A stretch of 27,479 nucleotides of DNA. Origin: Dehalococcoidia bacterium. Its GTDB lineage: Bacteria > Chloroflexota > Dehalococcoidia > Tepidiformales > Tepidiformaceae. The stretch covers positions 1 to 27,479 of the forward strand of contig JALOAP010000001.1 in assembly GCA_023228745.1 (NCBI GenBank), written 5' to 3'. The notes below the pieces were generated by a model, which worked only from the letters and a program-made list of their open reading frames with translations, did not search any database and was not told the origin of the DNA. Each line of letters starts with the position of its first letter. Positions within the stretch are counted from its first letter, which is position 1. Positions 16,273-24,285 of the stretch are shown here, piece after piece. The position numbers and the translations under genes were made by a program.

Positions 16273-17151
16273 GTGGATGGCTTCGATGTGACCCCAGTGG
16301 AAGGGCTTCGATCGCCCGTCGTGATCATGGCCTTCACGGGCTGGAGCGATACCGGCACCGTGACAACCGACGTCGCCGACCGGCTCGTGCGGGCTTACAG
16401 CGCGCAGCGCTTCGCGACCGTGGACCCGGAAGACTACTACGTCTTCACCGACACGCGGCCGACCGTGCGACTCGATGTCAACGGCGTGCGCGAACTCGAA
16501 TGGCCCCGGAACGAGCTGCACTACGCCCGCCTGGCGGACGCGGCCCACGACATCGTCATTGTGAGTGGCGCCGAACCGAACCTTCGCTGGCGGACATTCG
16601 CCGAGCGGCTGAGCGAAGCGGTCGCCGCCTGCCAGCCGTCGCTGGTGTGCACGCTCGTCGCCCGTCCGGCGGCCACGCCACACACGCGGCCCGTGCCCGT
16701 CACGGGCTCCTCGGCCGACCCGGCCTTGGCGGCGAAGTTCGGCCTCGGCCGGTCGCTCTACCAGGGGCCGACGGGCATCCTTGGCGTCATCCACGATGTC
16801 CTGCGCAGGAAGTACAACGCGCCCCTTATCAGCCTGGCCGCAGGTGTGCCCCACTACCTGAACACGGACGAAAACCCGCCGGCGACGCTGGCACTTCTGC
16901 GCGCGCTCGAACCGGTTATCGGCCTTCCGCCACCGCTTGGCGACCTCGAAGAGCAGGGCGTCACCTTCGTCCAGCGCGTGGAAGAGGCGTCGCAGGGCGA
17001 CGAGCAGATCGCCGCCTACGTCCGCACGCTGGAAGAGCATTACGGCGAAGAGGAAGAGATCGAGGATGAAGGTGGCCCTGCCGAGCTGCCTTCGGCCGAT
17101 GATATCCTGCGCGATGTCGAAGACTTCCTCCGGGGGCAAGGCGAACCGTAG
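16273..17151 (+). CDS. PAC2 (proteasome assembly chaperone-like) family protein
   Basis: AFTGWSDTG, DPEDYYVFTDTRP, GAEPNLRWRTF, PHTRPVPVTG, YQGPTGILGV, VPHYL; start GTG at 16273 follows TACAAT by 6 nt. Confidence 0.88.
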   Translation: MDGFDVTPVEGLRSPVVIMAFTGWSDTGTVTTDVADRLVRAYSAQRFATVDPEDYYVFTDTRPTVRLDVNGVRELEWPRNELHYARLADAAHDIVIVSGAEPNLRWRTFAERLSEAVAACQPSLVCTLVARPAATPHTRPVPVTGSSADPALAAKFGLGRSLYQGPTGILGVIHDVLRRKYNAPLISLAAGVPHYLNTDENPPATLALLRALEPVIGLPPPLGDLEEQGVTFVQRVEEASQGDEQIAAYVRTLEEHYGEEEEIEDEGGPAELPSADDILRDVEDFLRGQGEP

Positions 17152-17180
17152 CCGGCGGCCCCCGGCCGGGGGAGGACAGG

Positions 17181-17702
17181 ATGTCCGTCCGTAACGTGCT
17201 CTGGAGACTGGCGTCACCCTACGATGCCTACGTCTCGCACGTGGCCCGGCTGAACCACGCCATCGAACGGATCCGGTACTTCACGGAGCTCGCGCTCCGC
17301 GGCGAAGCGGTGCTCCAGAGTTCGCTGCGGCTGGTGCCGAAGCAGGGCGACGCCGCCCGCCGCGCGGCCCTCTTCCGCGAGCAGGTGGCCCGCGCCGCCA
17401 CGAGCATGGATGATGCCGAGTTCGAGGCGTTCCTGGCAGTGGTGGGCGGTGGCGAACCGGCGGAAGTGGAGTCGAACCGGGCGCGCTCCCTGCAGCGGAT
17501 GTCCAGCACGCGCAGCGGCCTCGAGCACTACTTCGGGCAGGCGAGCCACGAGCTGCGTGTGCTGGAGGAGCGGGGCTACAACCCGCAGCGGGCAGATGTC
17601 GCCCGGCAGCTCCGTGCCAACCGCCTGCCCGCCGCGACGGTGGCCGACTACCGGCGCGTCCTGCGCGAACTCGGTGCCCGGGTCGCCCAGCACCCGGTGT
17701 AG
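17181..17702 (+). CDS. Hypothetical 173-aa helical protein
   Basis: Strong GGAGG SD, GC3-rich codons, 29 nt downstream of and co-oriented with the PAC2 gene; no motif recognised. Confidence 0.7.
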   Translation: MSVRNVLWRLASPYDAYVSHVARLNHAIERIRYFTELALRGEAVLQSSLRLVPKQGDAARRAALFREQVARAATSMDDAEFEAFLAVVGGGEPAEVESNRARSLQRMSSTRSGLEHYFGQASHELRVLEERGYNPQRADVARQLRANRLPAATVADYRRVLRELGARVAQHPV

Positions 17703-17822
17703 ACAAGTTCGCGTTGTCATCGGCCCGGACGACGGGGGATGTCGAGTCGGCCGATCAAGGTCGATGGTGATCCCGTGGTCAACTGCACGACAGCGGCAAG
17801 TTCTCAGGCGTAGGATGTATGC

Positions 17823-18089
17823 ATGGCTACCGCGTTGTCATCCCGAGGCATTTTTCGGCGAGCAATCCAACGGGCTCGGCGAGTTACGGGCCGCGAACTG
17901 CCCCCGAGCGTCGTGGTGCTCGCTCCAGACGATGCCTGGATGCTTTACGATGCCGAGGCGCGTAAGCATCTTGGCATGAGCGCAGAGGAGTTCGAGCGGG
18001 CTTGGAACCGGGGGGAATTCCGGACACGGCAGGAGGAGCCACAGGTGCGGCGAGTGTTGATGATCCGCACCTCTCGACCGAAGCCCTGA
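17823..18089 (+). CDS. 88-aa protein, antitoxin-like partner of a two-gene module
   Basis: TAGGAT-6nt-ATG start; DAEARKHLGMSAEEFERAWNRGEF resembles small helical antitoxin-type proteins (from recall). Confidence 0.65.
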   Translation: MATALSSRGIFRRAIQRARRVTGRELPPSVVVLAPDDAWMLYDAEARKHLGMSAEEFERAWNRGEFRTRQEEPQVRRVLMIRTSRPKP

Positions 18090-18098
18090 GGTCACGCC

Positions 18099-18646
18099 GT
18101 GGCTGGTGACCATCCAGCCGAGGCGCTGGCGAACTACTTGCGACCCCTCAGCCGCGCTCTACAGTGCATCGTTCCCCGGGCCACACTCATCACCGACTGC
18201 CATGATCCCCGCGATGGCCAGGACCGCTTCGTGGCACCAGCCGGCAACGCGCCGTTGCGTGTCGCTACAGTCCGCGGTGACCGGCGGTACTTCGTGATGG
18301 TTCGACAGCGCTTCCGGTTGATCGAATGGGACGACATCGACCGGGGACCCTGGAAAGTTCTACGACCAAGTATGAGTACTCGCTCTCCCACGAGGATGAA
18401 AGCGAGATACTTAGCTTCCACTACCATCCGGGTGAACAGGCCTTCAACGAGCCTCACCTCCACCTGCGGTCGGGGGCGGGCCAGCTTGGCCCCGAGCTGC
18501 AGCGGGCGCACATTCCGACTGCCCGGCTTGCTGTAGAGGACTTCATTCAGTTCCTGATCCGGGAGTATAAGGTCGAGGCTGCGCAGGACTACCGGAGGAA
18601 CTTGGAGCAGTCGAAAGGCCGCTTCGTCAAGTACAAGCGATGGTAG
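18099..18646 (+). pseudogene. Frameshifted gene (about 182 aa when joined), toxin-like protein with HYHP...PHLH motif
   Basis: Frame A reads MAGDHPAEAL...RGPWKV (18099-18359); frame B continues STTKYEYSL...EILSFHYHP...EPHLHL...AHIPTARL...* (18359-18646). Joining needs one extra base at GTT|TCT. Confidence 0.75.
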
Positions 18647-18745
18647 ACAGGCAGGGGCTCGGAACCTCGCGGTTGCAACGGAAAACGTGCCCCACCGGGA
18701 GTGCCGCTCGTGTACCGTTTGCGCATTACGCGCGGTGGTGGGGTG

Positions 18746-20101
18746 ATGCGCGTCCTGCTGGCCATGGCCGTGGCGCTCCTGGCGGTGGCGTTGTCCGCTG
18801 CCTGCAGCGAGAGCGACCCGCCGCCCATGCCATCCGTGCGCGAAGCTCGGGCCGAGCGCGATGTCGTCGACGGTGAGGCGCAGCTCACGACCACGGTGAC
18901 CGTCGCGTTCGACCGGGTCTTCGAGCTTGCCGAGAGCCGGGTCCCGCTGGCTTCGAAGTTCGAATTCGCCGTGCCCGGCTCCGGCCCAGGGGGCGACCAG
19001 CGGGTGCTGGTGCGGGAAGCGGAGGTGCAGCCGGGCAACGGGAGGGTGATCGTCCTCCGCGTCGATGCGCTCATCCCCGCGGAGAGCGAGCTAAAGGTCT
19101 CCAGGTCGGCCTTTCGTCGCAACGAGCCGGGCGAGTTGGTGAAGCCGGTAACGAGCGACCTGGCCGCGGAGATTACGCCGCTCGCCGCCATGGCCTTCGC
19201 CGTCACGCGGGAGGGGGTGCTCGGCGAGGCAGCGGAGTCGCCACCGCCGAGCGAGGCCGACCGTGACCCGGCAGTACAACGCGAGGCGCTCGCGGCCCAC
19301 CTCGACCTTCGCGGGATGCCGCCCGACGCAACCCGGCGGGCACTCGCTCGATACGACACCATCCCGCCGGAGCTGGTCCCTTCGCCGAAGCTGCGGGCGG
19401 CGCTGGCGGGCCTCACCGGTACCTTCGCCGAGCCGGCAATCGATGACCTGTTGACCGCCGCCAACTGTACCGAAGCCCCCGTCTCGCGCATCGTCTTCGA
19501 AGCCCCGCCCGACGAACCGGACCTCTTCGCACGGGTGACATTCGAGGACACGGGTGCACGCGTGGTGTCCATCGCGCCCGCCCTCGAAAGCGAACCCTTC
19601 GAGCGGCTCATCCCGGTGCTCGCCCACGAGGCGGTGCATTGTGACCGGGAGGATGGGAAGTTCGAAGAGGTGGCGGCAACAGCGTTCGATACCTTCCTCT
19701 GGATCCAGCTACTTTCCGTCGACCCGTCGCTCGCGGAAGGGCGCACCCAACTGGCACGGGAGTTGAACATCGACGCCGTTGCGATGTTCAACAGCGGCCG
19801 GCGCTTCCCGGAGGCGCTCGGCCTGCTGCCGAGCGTGGGTGTGGTGCAGGCGCTTCCGCTGACGAGCGCGGAGCACCGCTCGTTCGCCGACCTGGTGGCC
19901 GCAGCCTACGGGAGCCTTGGGAACAATTCGCCAGATGAGCCGCTCGCCCGGCAATACGTGCAGTTGCTCGCGCAGGCGACGGGGCACCCGGAGGGGTCGC
20001 CATTCAACCTCATCTACCTGGACGAGCTGCTGAGCCGGGCAACGAGTTCCGGCTTGCTGGCTGCGCTGCTCGAGATCTACGAGCTGGCGCCGACTGGCTA
20101 G
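18746..20101 (+). CDS. Lipoprotein with beta-rich N-terminal domain and C-terminal HEXXH (zincin-like) motif
   Basis: MRVLLAMAVALLAVALSAA-C lipobox; VLAHEAVHCDREDGKFEEVAA. Confidence 0.7.
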   Translation: MRVLLAMAVALLAVALSAACSESDPPPMPSVREARAERDVVDGEAQLTTTVTVAFDRVFELAESRVPLASKFEFAVPGSGPGGDQRVLVREAEVQPGNGRVIVLRVDALIPAESELKVSRSAFRRNEPGELVKPVTSDLAAEITPLAAMAFAVTREGVLGEAAESPPPSEADRDPAVQREALAAHLDLRGMPPDATRRALARYDTIPPELVPSPKLRAALAGLTGTFAEPAIDDLLTAANCTEAPVSRIVFEAPPDEPDLFARVTFEDTGARVVSIAPALESEPFERLIPVLAHEAVHCDREDGKFEEVAATAFDTFLWIQLLSVDPSLAEGRTQLARELNIDAVAMFNSGRRFPEALGLLPSVGVVQALPLTSAEHRSFADLVAAAYGSLGNNSPDEPLARQYVQLLAQATGHPEGSPFNLIYLDELLSRATSSGLLAALLEIYELAPTG

Positions 20102-20556
20102 CCGCGATCTCCGCCCGTTTCCGAAAGCGTCTTTTCGATGAGGGCCAGGAGTTGGTCTGCGGCGAAGGGTTTCTGGACGAAGGTCGTGTGTGGTGTCCGG
20201 GCGGCGAACTCGGCGGGGCCCTCGGCGCTGTAGCCGCTGATGAGGAACACGGGCAGGTCCGGCCACTTCCGCGCGATGTGGCGCCGGAGTTCGATGCCGG
20301 ATTCGCCGGGCATCACGATGTCGCTGATGACCAGGTCGGGGAGCTGGCTGGCCAGGATGGTGCGCGCTTCGTGGGCGTGGGAAGCCTGGAGGACGGTATA
20401 GCCCTGTGTCCGCAGGAGGCGGCTTAGCATCACCCGCACCGGGTCGTCGTCGTCAACCACCAGGATCACGCCGCGCACGGGCTTGCGCTCCTCACCTTGT
20501 TCTGTCCCGGACTCGCTGAGCCTGAGGAACGAGGCTGACGGCGCGTCGACCTGCAT
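20098..20556 (-). CDS. Single-domain response regulator (receiver)
   Basis: ILVVDDD, DLVISDIVMPGESG, FLISGY, FVQKPF; no output domain. Confidence 0.92.
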   Translation of the reverse strand: MQVDAPSASFLRLSESGTEQGEERKPVRGVILVVDDDDPVRVMLSRLLRTQGYTVLQASHAHEARTILASQLPDLVISDIVMPGESGIELRRHIARKWPDLPVFLISGYSAEGPAEFAARTPHTTFVQKPFAADQLLALIEKTLSETGGDRG

Positions 20557-20764
20557 AAGCTTCCCCCCAAGTGGCCACTGCGGGCTCAGCGAACCATTCT
20601 CCGGGGTGCCGGGCCGACGAGTTATCGGGGTTCACCCTCATAGGAGGGGGCCACCGCCTCCTTCCCGCTCTTTCGGGAGCATAACATCCTCCGTGCCTGG
20701 TGGTTTTCTTATTGCCCGCGTAGAGACATCTCATTAGTATCGAGTCAGTCTTGGGAGGAGCTGG

Positions 20765-21232
20765 ATGCGTTTTATTTGGACCGTTGTCTCTGCGGCGATC
20801 CTCCTGTTGCTCGCCTACCTGTTCCTTGCCTGGATGGTCGACGGCTACTTCGGTGGCAATATCGCTCCTTCGTGGCTCGAGCCAGATTCGTGGGACGCAC
20901 CCGATAGTTGGTCGGAATGGCGCGACATCGTCATCGTGATTGGCGGTATATTCGCCGCCCTTGCGTTCCTGCTGCTGTGCGTGCTGATCGCCGCCCTGGT
21001 GTTCCTGGTGTTCACGGCGCGGCGCATGCTCAAAGAAAACGTCGCCCCGGCAGTCGATTCGCTCAAGGATTCGCTGGACAATGTTCGTGGCACCACGGAG
21101 TTCGCTGGCGAGACGGTCGTCTCGCCCATCATCCGGGTGTACTCGGTCGTGCGCGGTGTGCGCGCCGGTGTGGGCGCGGTGACGAACCTGCCCGGCCGTG
21201 TGCGCGGGCGCCGCGGAGGTAGGAAACGGTGA
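20765..21232 (+). CDS. Membrane protein, DUF948/YtxG-like
   Basis: GGAGG SD; two hydrophobic segments then an amphipathic tail (AVDSLKDSLDNVRGTTEFAGETVVSPII). Confidence 0.6.
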   Translation: MRFIWTVVSAAILLLLAYLFLAWMVDGYFGGNIAPSWLEPDSWDAPDSWSEWRDIVIVIGGIFAALAFLLLCVLIAALVFLVFTARRMLKENVAPAVDSLKDSLDNVRGTTEFAGETVVSPIIRVYSVVRGVRAGVGAVTNLPGRVRGRRGGRKR

Positions 21233-21435
21233 ACGAGGGCCCTCGCCCCGCACCGGCGGCAGACGCCAACTCCGTCGTCGACTGGGCGCGCGCGCTGGCG
21301 CTTGGCATCCGCGACACCGCCCGTGACATGCTCGATGCCGGCCGCGATGAAGCCCGCGACGCCTACAACGAGTATTGGCGGCGCTACGACGCGAAGACGA
21401 AGCTCCGAAGCGAGCGGCGGCGCCGTCAGCGGTAG
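21229..21435 (+). CDS. Small 68-aa protein translationally coupled to the upstream membrane gene
   Basis: GTGA start/stop overlap at 21229-21232; helical charged C-terminus. Confidence 0.6.
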   Translation: MNEGPRPAPAADANSVVDWARALALGIRDTARDMLDAGRDEARDAYNEYWRRYDAKTKLRSERRRRQR

Positions 21436-21450
21436 CGCCGGCCACCGCGT

Positions 21451-21840
21451 CTACACGTTCCCGGTGCCGGGGCGCCCGGGACTCTCTACACCGAGCAGCT
21501 TGTTCCACAGCCGGTAGTCCACTGTCTCCTTGCGTACGTACCAGTTCTCCGGGGTGGCCACCATGTCGCCGCTGGCAGTGAACTCGCGGCAATCCCCCGC
21601 AAGGTCGATGTAGGTCGCTCCCTGGGCAAGTGGCTCGCCCGTGCGCAACACCGGGATCCGGCGCAACTCGTCTTTCGCCAGGTCGCGAAGGACGCTGTGT
21701 GTGTTCCCGGTATCGCCGGGGTGGAGTGGTGATCCCGGCCCTCCGCCACCGTGAAGCTGGCCCGCGACCGCATTGGAGCCCAGGTCGTCGCGGTAGTCCG
21801 GTGCGTGTGGTGTGCGCGCCTCGCTGTGCTTATCCGCCAT
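21451..21840 (-). CDS. Hypothetical protein (129 aa)
   Basis: ATG at 21840 with a GGGGG SD; the C-terminal part ELRRIPVL...LAQGATYIDL...EFTASGDM...NWYVRKETVDYRLWNKL looks protein-like and recalls an uncharacterised family. Confidence 0.75.
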   Translation of the reverse strand: MADKHSEARTPHAPDYRDDLGSNAVAGQLHGGGGPGSPLHPGDTGNTHSVLRDLAKDELRRIPVLRTGEPLAQGATYIDLAGDCREFTASGDMVATPENWYVRKETVDYRLWNKLLGVESPGRPGTGNV

Positions 21841-22038
21841 GTTGGTGCCCCCGTATCCCGCTGTTGGCGTGGGAATCGCTGCTGTGGCGAGCGCGGTGCT
21901 TCTCGCGGCACTGCTTGCCACGCCTCGACGTCCTTCGCACCGTTCACCGGCCGATGCTACGCGCCGCTGTGCTTCGAAGGTGGCAACTCGCCCGCGACCG
22001 AAGTTACGTCCCGCTCGCAGTGCCCGGGGTGACGCGAA

Positions 22039-22063
22039 GAGGCCCGGCATTTCGCCGGGCCTC
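22039..22063 (-). terminator. Hairpin terminator candidate of the multicopper oxidase gene
   Basis: GAGGCCCGGC-ATTTC-GCCGGGCCTC, perfect 10-bp stem 30 nt after the stop; weak U-tract. Confidence 0.6.
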
Positions 22064-22093
22064 GCCTGCAGGGAGATGAACGCTGCAGTGCCG

Positions 22094-23170
22094 TTAGGCT
22101 TCGACCTTCAGGGCGGTCGCCATGCCGAAGAAGCCGGATGGCGTCTCCGCGTGCGAGAGCACGTGGCAGTGGAAGACCCAGACGCCTTCCTCTGTACATT
22201 CGACGAGGGCGTCGTACCGGCTGCCGGGCGCCACGTCGATCGTGTCGCACTTGTACGGCTGCGGGAGCGGCCAGCCGTCCTTCGCCGTGATGAGCATGGG
22301 CATCCCATGCAGGTGCAGCGGGTGGTTCATGAAGCCCGCGTTCATGTAGCGAATGAGCAGCCGGTCGCCGAGCTTGGCCGTGAACATCTCTGTCGCTGGC
22401 CAGCTCTTGCCGTTGATCGTGAAGCCGAGCGAGGTGTCGTTTACGACAAAGATCCACTCCTTGTCGTACTGCGGCATCGTTGAGGGGTCCTCCGGGTCGA
22501 TGATGAACGCCCCGAGCAGGCCGCGGTTCACCTGGTCAGCCGAGTTGTGGTGCGCGTGGTACATGTGTGTGCCCGAGTTGCGCAGCTTGAACTCGTAGGT
22601 GAAGGTTTCGCCCGGCTTGATGGGGTCCTGGGTCAGGCCGCCAACACCGTCCTGGGAGAAGGGCACGAACAGGCCGTGCCAGTGGACTGCCGTGCTCTCT
22701 GTCAGGTTGTTGGTCACGTTGATGCGGACGGTCTCACCCTGCGTCGCGCGGATGACCGGGCCGGGGATCATGTTGTTGTAGCCGCGGGCCTTCTCGATGT
22801 TGCCCGGCTCCGTCTCCCACTCGACCTCGTCGACCGTGAGGTTGAAGACCTTCACATCGCCGTCCATCGTCCATTCGAGCGGTTGGTTGCCCTTGCCCTT
22901 GGTGAGCGGCGACTCCTGGTTATCGAGAAATTGCTGGATGCCGGCAGAGTGGTCGTGGTCGATGTCCTCCCACTCCTCCTGGGAAGCGGCCGTTACTGCC
23001 GCCGCTGGCGTCTTTGTGTCCTTGTAGTCGACGTTGTTGGCGGCATCGGCGCCGTCGTCGTTACACGCTGCAGCGATAAGCCCACCCGCCATAGGGACGG
23101 CCGCGCCAACAGCGGCCGCGCGCTTGAGGAAGCCCCGGCGGGGGACGCGAACAGTCTCAAATTGTGCCAT
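22094..23170 (-). CDS. Tat-exported two-domain multicopper oxidase (small-laccase-like)
   Basis: RRGFLK Tat motif and AAAC lipobox; copper motifs VHWHG, YHAH, HPLHLHG and HCHVLSHAE...GM. Confidence 0.9.
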   Translation of the reverse strand: MAQFETVRVPRRGFLKRAAAVGAAVPMAGGLIAAACNDDGADAANNVDYKDTKTPAAAVTAASQEEWEDIDHDHSAGIQQFLDNQESPLTKGKGNQPLEWTMDGDVKVFNLTVDEVEWETEPGNIEKARGYNNMIPGPVIRATQGETVRINVTNNLTESTAVHWHGLFVPFSQDGVGGLTQDPIKPGETFTYEFKLRNSGTHMYHAHHNSADQVNRGLLGAFIIDPEDPSTMPQYDKEWIFVVNDTSLGFTINGKSWPATEMFTAKLGDRLLIRYMNAGFMNHPLHLHGMPMLITAKDGWPLPQPYKCDTIDVAPGSRYDALVECTEEGVWVFHCHVLSHAETPSGFFGMATALKVEA

Positions 23171-23195
23171 GGATGTCCGTTCCTTTGTTACAGGG

Positions 23196-23211
23196 TATGA
23201 CGAGTGTCATA
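23196..23211. promoter_or_regulatory. Perfect palindrome TATGAC-N4-GTCATA overlapping a candidate -10 (TACCCT) of the MCO gene
   Basis: Read directly in the sequence; minus-strand TACCCT at 23192-23197, then an AAGGA SD before the ATG at 23170. Confidence 0.5.
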
Positions 23212-23378
23212 TTTAGCGGTATAACACAGGACGGCCGAACGGTCGGGAAGGATGGGGCCCTAAGGTCATTTGTGTTATTTGTCACGAACACCGGTGTCAT
23301 CAATATCGATGCCACATGCCCGTGACCGAGCAAAATTCCTGGACGCCGTAGGCAGCCCTGGGGCCCCGGTGGGGTGTG

Positions 23379-24176
23379 CTACTCGGCGTCGAATTCGCGG
23401 GGGAACGGAAGCGCGGGAACTGCACCGTGGAGGCGGCCCCGCATCCGTTCGGCGAGAAGCGCGGCGCGGGGCGCGGTGGTGGCGACCAGCAGCCACAACG
23501 CCACCAGGGACGCGGACCCGAACAGGATCGATGCGGTCACATCGGTGGGCCAATGGGCCCCCACCCAGAGCCGCGAATAGGCCGTCAGCAGGATGGCCAC
23601 CAGGGCGGCGAGGCGCACGGGCAACACTGCCCGCGGCGGCAGAAGCGCCCCGGCGAGCAGGATCCACGCTCCGAAGAACGCCACTGCCATCGACGTATGG
23701 CCACTGGGGAACGACGTCCCGGATGGGTACTCAAGGATGTTGATCGAACCCGAAGGGCGCGGCCGGTCGACCAGGAGCTTCATCACATGATTCGCCGGTG
23801 CGACCAGGGCGGCCAGCACGAAAAATGCCCCGGCATCCCAGCGGCGTAGCGCCACCAGCGCCAGGATCGTCGCCAGCCACATCGCGGGGATGCCCTGCGT
23901 GTGAAGCCAATCGTTGAAGAGCCAGGCGAGTGGCCGCATGCCGCCGACGTCCTGGGCCGCCCGCATCGTTGGACTATCGACCGCCGCAGGTTCGCCGGCC
24001 ATCACGAATACGGTGAGGGCCAGCCCGGAGGCAACAAGCGCGACGAGGACGTTGAGTGTAGGGCGGAGCGCCGGCAGATGGATGGCGGCCGGGGGCGCCG
24101 CGGGGCGCTCGGGCGATGGTGCGATCAACAGTCGAACCTCAGGCGAAGACGCGCCAGGGAATGTGAACCGCCTCAC
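23379..24176 (-). CDS. PAP2-family membrane phosphatase
   Basis: KLLVDRPRP (C1), SFPSGHT (C2), SRLWVGAHWPTDV (C3); start uncertain. Confidence 0.9.
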   Translation of the reverse strand: MRRFTFPGASSPEVRLLIAPSPERPAAPPAAIHLPALRPTLNVLVALVASGLALTVFVMAGEPAAVDSPTMRAAQDVGGMRPLAWLFNDWLHTQGIPAMWLATILALVALRRWDAGAFFVLAALVAPANHVMKLLVDRPRPSGSINILEYPSGTSFPSGHTSMAVAFFGAWILLAGALLPPRAVLPVRLAALVAILLTAYSRLWVGAHWPTDVTASILFGSASLVALWLLVATTAPRAALLAERMRGRLHGAVPALPFPREFDAE

Positions 24177-24285
24177 GTTTCACCGTAATAGACGGCGGGG
24201 CGGACCATGGTTAGCCAGCCTCAGATATAGAGAGGTTCTTTATCATATATTCGGCTGTTGAATCGATGTAGAGGAGAAGAACTGC

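Noticed and set aside
18340-18410. Programmed -1 ribosomal frameshift as the explanation for the split gene
   Set aside because: No X-XXY-YYZ or A-AAG slippery site in the right frame, and the nearest stem (CTCGCT/AGCGAG) starts about 20 nt downstream, which is too far. A 1-nt deletion is simpler.
2558-24190. Identical 10-mer TATTACGGTG upstream of the transglycosylase-like gene (2558-2567) and the PAP2 gene (24181-24190)
   Set aside because: A few shared 10-mers are expected by chance among the intergenic sequence here, and it may simply include a -10 hexamer.
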